NCBI RefSeq assembly: GCF_009914755.1
Contig: NC_060943.1
Length of the DNA: 64,000 nt
Source: the human T2T-CHM13v2.0 reference genome, Homo sapiens
Reading direction: 5' to 3' (one strand)
Program-made: the position numbers and the translations under genes
Part shown: positions 55,259 through 64,000 of the stretch, one piece after another
How the letters are laid out: every line of letters starts with the position of its first letter
Position numbering within the stretch: position 1 is the first letter of the stretch
Notes under the pieces: model-generated
What the model was told of the DNA's origin: nothing
What the model saw: the letters and a program-made list of their open reading frames with translations, nothing else
The model's database searches: none

Positions 55259-55851
55259 TAAGCAGTTTTATCCAGGTGAAATTGTTGCATAATAGGCTGC
55301 ACTTACTCAGTGTGCCAACAGCCATGAGCCCACCACCATGACCAATGCCATAAACACATCCATCATCTGAAAAGTGTCCTCAGGCCTCTTGGCATCCCTC
55401 CCCACTCCACATCCCCAAGCAGCCACCGATCAGCTTTCTGTCTTCATAGGTCAATTTGCATTTTCTAGAATGTTATATACATGGAATCATACAGTATAGG
55501 CTCTTTTTAAAACTTAATTAAGGAAAAGTCACAAAAGGTAAAATTCACCATCTAAAGTGTGTAATCTGGCTGGGTGTGGTAGCTTAAACCTGTAATCCCA
55601 GCACTTTGGGAGGCTGATACAGGCAGAATGCTTGAGCCCAGGAGTTTGAGACCAGCCTGGGCAACATGATGAAACCCAGTCTCTACTAAAAATACAAAAA
55701 TTAGGCAGGCGTGGTGGCATGTGCCTGTAGTCCCAGCTGCTCAGGAGGCTGAGGTGAGAGGTTTGCTTGAGCCAGGGGAGGTTGAGACTGCAGTGAGCCA
55801 CAATTGCACCACTGGACTCCAGCCTGGGCAACAGAATGAGATCCAGTCTCA

Positions 55852-56136
<285 letters not shown>

Positions 56137-56154
56137 TCAAAAAAGAAAAAAAAA

Positions 56155-57290
56155 TTAAGTGTGCTAGTCAGTGCATTCACCGTGTTGTGCAACGACCAGC
56201 TCTATCTGATTCCAGAACATTTTCATCCCCTTAAAAGGAAACGCGGTCCCCATGAGCAGTCACTCCCTATTCCCCCTCCCGGAGTCCCTGGCAACCACCA
56301 ATCTGCTTCCTGTCTCTATGGATTTGCCTGTTCTGGACATTTCATATCAATGGAATCATACACCATGTGGCTTTTTTGCGTCTGGCTTCTCTCAGCTTCA
56401 TGTTTTTGGGGTTCATCCATGTTGTAGCACGGAGCAGTGGTTCCTTCCTTTTTATGGCTGAATCATACTCCGTTGTGTGGATGGACCACGTTTTGTGTAT
56501 GCATTCATCTGCCGATGGACATGGGGTTGTTTCCACCTTTCGGCTATTGTGAATAGAGCTGCGGTGGACATTGGTGTACAAGGAATTGAGTCGCTGCTTT
56601 CTATTCTTTTGGGTCTATACCTGGGAGCAGAATTGCTACGTCTGTATGTAGTTATGTAATCTCTTTTGTCAGGCTTCTTCTTTTTTTTGAGACGGAGTCT
56701 CGCTCTTTCACCCAGGCTGGAGTGCAGTGGCGCGATCTAGGCTCAGTGCAAGCTCCGCCTCCTGGATTCACACCATTCTCCCGCCTCAGCCTCCTAAGTA
56801 GCTGGGACTACATGCGCCCCCCCACCACGCCTGGCGAATTTTTTTTTGGTTTTGTATTTTTAGTAGAGAAGGGGTTTCACCGTGTTAGCCGGAATGGTCT
56901 CGATCTCCTGACCTCATGATCTGCCCGCCTCGGCCTCCCAAAATGCTGGGATTACAGGCATAAGCCACCGCACTGGCCTTGTCAGGCTTCTTTCACTCAG
57001 CCCAACAATTCTGAATTGGTTTCCTATCACTGTGAGCATCAGGAACCAGCCATCCTGAACTCGTTGGTTCCTTCTCATTGTTGAACCATATTCCATGGTG
57101 TGGTCAGTTTGTTCATTCGGTGGGTGGACATTTGGGTTCTCAGTTTGGGACTCTCAGAAGTTACACGTCTCTGTCTCGACATCTGCTTCATTTCTCCTGA
57201 GTAACTCCTGAGAGGGGAATTGCAGGGTCACGTGCTAGGTATGTGTTTTAACATTGAAAGAAACTGCTGAAGTGTTTTCTAAAGCAGATG
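56155..57290 (-). mobile_element. L1MB-like fragments with an AluY (about 56677-56978)
   Basis: ttccagaacattttcatcccc...tggatttgcctgttctggacatttcatatcaatggaatcatac. Confidence 0.75.
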
Positions 57291-57512
57291 AGGGCCAGGC
57301 ACAGTGGCTCATGCCTGTAATCCCAGGACTTTGGGAGGTCAAGGCAGGTGGAGTTCCAGACCAGCCTGGGCAACATGGCAAAACCCCCTCTCTGCAAAAA
57401 AAAAAATACAAAAATTAGCTGGGCATGGTGGTACAGTCAGAGGATCACTTGAGCCCAGGAGGTCGAGGCTGCAGTGAGCTGAGATCATGCCACTGCATTC
57501 CAGACTGAGTGA

Positions 57513-57876
<364 letters not shown>

Positions 57877-58687
57877 TGAGCCACCACTGGTGTTGCTGTT
57901 TTTAAGAAATAGAGTCTCTGCCAGGTGTGGTGGCTCACGCTTGTAAATCCCAGCACTTTGGGAGGCCGAGGCGGGTGGATCACTTGAAGTCAGGAGTTCG
58001 AGACCAGCCTAGTCAACATGGCTGTCTCTACTAAAACAGAGAAACACTGTCTCTACTAAAAACACAAAATTAGCCGGGCATGGTGGTGGGCCCCTGTAAT
58101 CCCAGCTACTCAGGAGGCTGAGGCAGTAGAGTTGGTTCAGCCCAACAGGCGGAGGTTGCAGTGAGCCAAGATCACAGCACTGTGCTCTAGCCTGGGTGAT
58201 AAAGCGAGACTCCATTTCAAAAAAATTAAAAAAAAAAAAAAACAGCATCTCGCCCTGTTGCTCAAGCTGTATCTTAGATAGTAAAAATAAAAATAAAAAT
58301 AAAAATAAACCAGGCTCTCAAAGCTTTATCTCATGACCTGGAGGAACATACAAATGCACTGACATATCAAGGAAAGAATTAGGTTTTACAGCTAAATGGA
58401 TAAGACAATCCAAAATTTATTAAACTATACAGTATATATCTATTTCCCTGGGAGAAAACATGACAGTTACTTACTAACCTGGGGGAAAGTTTTAAGAGTT
58501 AAATCTTGTGTGTCCCCCAGCCTTCTTCCCTGTCACCACTCCCTATCCCTGTGTGAACTGTTGCCTCGGCCTCATAAGTTATCGTTTCTTTCAGCCTCAG
58601 CCCTTCTAACACTTCTGCAGGAATTCTCAGAGCCTCTAGTGGCCCTGACCCCACTCAGTCACAGTGCTGAGTCATGCTTCTCTTTAG

Positions 58688-59253
<566 letters not shown>

Positions 59254-59954
59254 TAGAACCCCTCTTAGATATTCCTACTCCCCTAATGTCTTCTCTTGTC
59301 CTTTAGGATAATCACTCCTGCTGTGTGTCTTTTAACTGCTGCGCTGGATTCACGTCTACACTCACGTCTGTTTGCATACCAGTCTCTCCTGCCTGGCTTT
59401 GGGCCTCATCTTCACACCCTCAGCCATTCTTGGTTGACTCATGCCGCATTTATGGCTCTTGATCCAAGCCCCTAGGTGGGCTGGCACCAGCATTTCTTTT
59501 TCTTGCAACCTTCAGAAGCAAATGCACTTTTTAGGAATAAACTTGGCCGGGCACAGTCACTCATCCCTATAATCTCAGCACTCTAGGGGGCCTAGGCAGG
59601 TGGATCATTTGAGCCCAGGAGTTTGACAACAACCTGGGCAATATAGTGAGGCCCCCATCTCTACAGAAAATACAGAAACATTAGCCAGCATGCATCGTGG
59701 TGTGCACCTATAGTCCCAGCTACTTGTGAGGCAGAGGTGAGAGGATCACATGAGCCCAGGGAGATCAAGTCTGCAGTGAGCCGTGATCATGCCAATGCAC
59801 CCCAGCCTGGGAAGTAGAGCAAGACCCTGACAAAAAAAAAAAAAAAGAAGAAGAAACTGGGCGACCCTCTCTCTTAGGAAAAAAAAAAAAGGGCTAGGTG
59901 CAGTGGCTCACACCTGTAATCCCAGCACTTTGGGAAGCCGAGGTGGGTGGATCA

Positions 59955-60167
<213 letters not shown>

Positions 60168-60249
60168 TCAAGAAAAAAAAAAAAAATGAAGAGGGTGAAT
60201 TTTGGGGAGCTAAACAATCTATATACGTGGACATAACAGAGCAGAATAG

Positions 60250-60423
<174 letters not shown>

Positions 60424-60525
60424 TGAGCTTAGGAGTTCAAGGCCACCTAGCCAACATAATGAGAGCACTTTGGAAGCCCGAAGCGGGTGGATCACGAGGT
60501 CAGGAGATAGAGACCATCCTGGCTA

Positions 60526-61017
<492 letters not shown>

Positions 61018-61147
61018 TCAAAAAAAAAAAAAGCCCAGACTTCACCACTACACGATATATGTGTATAAGAAACCTGCACTTGTAGGCCAGGCGTGGTGGC
61101 TCACCCCTCTAATCCCAGCACTTAGGGAAGTCGAGGTTGGCACATCA

Positions 61148-61363
<216 letters not shown>

Positions 61364-62080
61364 TTATCTCAAAAACAAAAAAAGAAAAAGAAAAGAAATT
61401 GGTATTGGCAGACTGCTACTTACCACCTTCCTGGTGTGCTTCTGGTGTCACTAGCTCTTCCATTCAAGCCCTCTCTCTGGTAGAGGATCCTTTCCAGGGA
61501 GTCCTATCGCATTGAGAATCTCCTGTGGTCTTGGACAGCTAGCTCCTCAGTCTTTCCTTGTTGCCCGTGACCTTGGCAGTCTTGGGACCACCAGCCATAT
61601 TCCTGCAGGATGCCCCCAGCCTGGGCCTGCCTGATGTTCTTCTCCCCAGTAGACTGGAGTTGTGGCTTCAGAAGCAACCACACTCTAGGCCATTCCCGAG
61701 TGCATTTTTCGTGGCTCTCCCGGACTTCATCTTCCTAGGTTGGGTTTCAAGGACCCCGGAGTTTTGGGAATCCCAAATTTCAGGACAGGTTCAGTCTTGC
61801 TCATCCCCACATGCCTCTCGCTGTTACTGCTGTGTGGCCAAGGCCTGTGGGGCCGAGTCGTCTTCTGCTTGGGGAGCTGCTGGGGAGGTTTATTCAGAGA
61901 TGAGGTCAGGAAGGATGTGGGCTGGGAAGGGCATAGCAGAAAGAGGGTCATGGCTTGTTGGGCTTCAGGATTGAGAGGCTGCCTCTGGATGGGGTGGGAT
62001 GGGGGCTGGGATGGAGCAAACTCAGGGGAAGGGTCAGGTCTTGGGGTTGTCTGATGATGTCACTTGTAAAAGCCACTGTA

Positions 62081-62356
62081 TTTTTTTTTAAGTGACAGGG
62101 TCTCTCTCTCTCACCCAGGCTGGAGCACAGCTGGTATAATCATGGCTCACTGCAGCCTCGATCTCCTGGGTTCAAGTGATCCTCCCACCTCAGCCTCCTG
62201 AGGAGCTGGGACCACAGGCGAGCACCACTATGCCTTTATTTTTTGTAGAGACGGGGTCTCGCTATGTTGCCCAGGCTGGTCTCAAACTCCTGGCCTCAAG
62301 CGATCCTCCCACCTTGGCCTCCTAAAGTGTTGGGATTATAAGCATGAGCCACTGCA
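62081..62356 (-). mobile_element. Antisense AluJ, 200 nt upstream of MYO9B exon 2
   Basis: T-run followed by gacagggtctc...ctcaagcgatcctcccacc...gagccactgca. Confidence 0.9.
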
Positions 62357-62556
62357 GGAGCCTGAGGTCACATTGAAGGACAGACAGACCCTCACGGGAT
62401 GTCGTGACTGGTTGCCTCTGGCTTTTTGGGCGAGCCTAGTCGGGTGGGGAACTCCAGCATCGGGTCAGGTGCTATCTGCCCAGGAGTGGGACTCCACATG
62501 CCCCTTAAACTTCCTCCCACCATTCTGACCATGCCTGGCTCTGACCTCCCTTCTAG

Positions 62557-62614
62557 CTCCAGGACACGCGCGCCCCGAGCCTGGGAGGCATGCTGAAGCC
62601 AGGCGGCCGGCAGG
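62557..62614 (+). other. MYO9B: MYO9B exon 2, 5'UTR part
   Basis: Pyrimidine tract plus ttctag| acceptor; a second AG lies 6 nt downstream. Confidence 0.85.
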
Positions 62615-63454
62615 ATGAGTGTGAAAGAGGCAGGCAGCTCGGGCCGCCGGGAGCAGGCGGCCTACCACCTGCACATCTACCCCCAGCTGTCCACCACCGA
62701 GAGCCAGGCCTCGTGCCGCGTGACTGCCACCAAGGACAGCACCACCTCGGACGTCATCAAGGACGCCATTGCCAGCCTGCGGCTGGACGGCACCAAATGT
62801 TATGTGCTGGTGGAGGTCAAAGAGTCGGGAGGCGAGGAATGGGTGCTGGACGCCAACGACTCGCCTGTGCACCGGGTGCTGCTATGGCCCCGGCGGGCAC
62901 AGGACGAGCACCCTCAGGAGGATGGCTACTACTTCCTGCTGCAGGAGCGCAACGCAGATGGAACCATCAAGTACGTGCATATGCAGCTGGTGGCGCAGGC
63001 CACAGCCACCCGGCGCCTAGTGGAGCGTGGCCTCCTGCCACGGCAGCAGGCGGACTTTGATGACCTGTGTAACCTCCCTGAGCTAACCGAGGGCAACCTC
63101 CTGAAGAACCTCAAGCACCGCTTCCTGCAACAAAAGATCTACACGTACGCGGGGAGCATCCTGGTGGCCATCAACCCCTTTAAGTTCCTGCCCATCTACA
63201 ACCCCAAGTACGTGAAGATGTATGAGAACCAGCAGCTGGGCAAGCTGGAGCCACACGTCTTCGCGCTGGCCGACGTGGCCTACTACACCATGCTCAGGAA
63301 GCGCGTGAACCAGTGCATCGTGATCTCGGGTGAGAGCGGCTCCGGCAAGACCCAGAGCACCAACTTCCTCATCCACTGCCTCACCGCCCTCAGCCAGAAG
63401 GGCTACGCCAGCGGCGTCGAGAGGACCATCCTGGGTGCTGGCCCTGTGCTGGAG
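62615..63454 (+). CDS. MYO9B: MYO9B (unconventional myosin IXb) first coding exon, residues 1-280: RA domain and N-terminal motor domain
   Basis: [10 protein letters not shown]..., myosin motifs [27 protein letters not shown] and P-loop GESGSGKT; GAG|gtgagc donor at 63454. Confidence 0.98.
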
Positions 63455-63515
63455 GTGAGCGGGGAAGCTGGTCGGTCTGTGGGAGGGGGCATTTGTTTGG
63501 AAAATGCGGGTTTCA

Positions 63516-63821
63516 GGCCAAGCTCGGTGGCCCACATCTATAATCCCAATGCTTTGGAAGGCTGAGGGAGGAGGATTGCTTGAGCCCAGGAGTTCAAGAT
63601 CAGCCTGGGCAACATAGCAAGACCTTTTCTCTACAAAAAAAAAATAATAATTAGCCAGGCAGGCATAGTAGTGCTCACCTGTAGTCCCAGCTGCTCAGGA
63701 GGCTGAGGCAGGAGGATCACTTGAGCCCAGGAGTTCGAGGCTTCAGTGAGCTATGATCATGCCACTGCACTCCAGCCTGGATGACAGAGAGAGACTCCAT
63801 CTCAAAAAAAAAAAAGAAAGA
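63516..63821 (+). mobile_element. Sense AluJ, about 60 nt downstream of MYO9B exon 2
   Basis: ggccaagctcggtggcccacatctataatccc...ttgagcccaggagttc...polyA; a further sense Alu follows to the window end. Confidence 0.9.
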
Positions 63822-64000
63822 AATTTCAGGCTGGGTGTGGTGGCTCATGTCTATAACCCCAGTGGTTTTTGAGAGGCTGAGGCAAGAGGATCGCTTGAGC
63901 CCAGGAATTCAACATCAGCCTGGTCAACACAGCAAGGCCCCCTCTCTACAAAAAAAAAAAAAAAAGATTACCGAAGTGCGGTGGCACACATTTGTTGTCC

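Noticed and set aside
62465-63535. Antisense ORFs (135 and 150 aa) opposite MYO9B exon 2
   Set aside because: Expected shadow of GC3-rich codon usage.
63455-63565. C-terminal extension of the 316-aa ORF (VSGEAGR...NALEG)
   Set aside because: Intron read-through past the GAG|gtgagc donor into an Alu.

Overview
Human-like (primate) genomic DNA that is very Alu-rich, consistent with 19p13.11. The complete HAUS8 gene lies on the minus strand: 11 coding exons, all GT-AG, 1233 nt of CDS, 410 aa. It is head-to-head with MYO9B across a CpG-island bidirectional promoter at about 36.0-37.3 kb. MYO9B contributes non-coding exon 1, a ~25.8 kb intron 1 and the 898-nt exon 2, which encodes the RA domain and the start of the myosin motor. 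Almost all other ORFs in the track are Alu/L1/LTR-derived or chance ORFs. The main observations not explained by these two genes are: (1) a 5'-truncated KHDC3L-like processed retrocopy with polyA remnant and degenerate TSDs, lying tail-to-tail just beyond the HAUS8 3' end; (2) MYO9B exon 2 tightly flanked by inverted AluJ elements, where back-splicing would fuse the MYO9B frame in-frame with an overlapping upstream ORF to give a 447-aa circular-RNA ORF; (3) a ~1 kb-arm inverted repeat at 4.5-7.5 kb; (4) an old inverted duplication linking 8.4-8.9 kb with HAUS8 intron 2. Repeat family names and protein identities come from recognition and memory, not from database searches.
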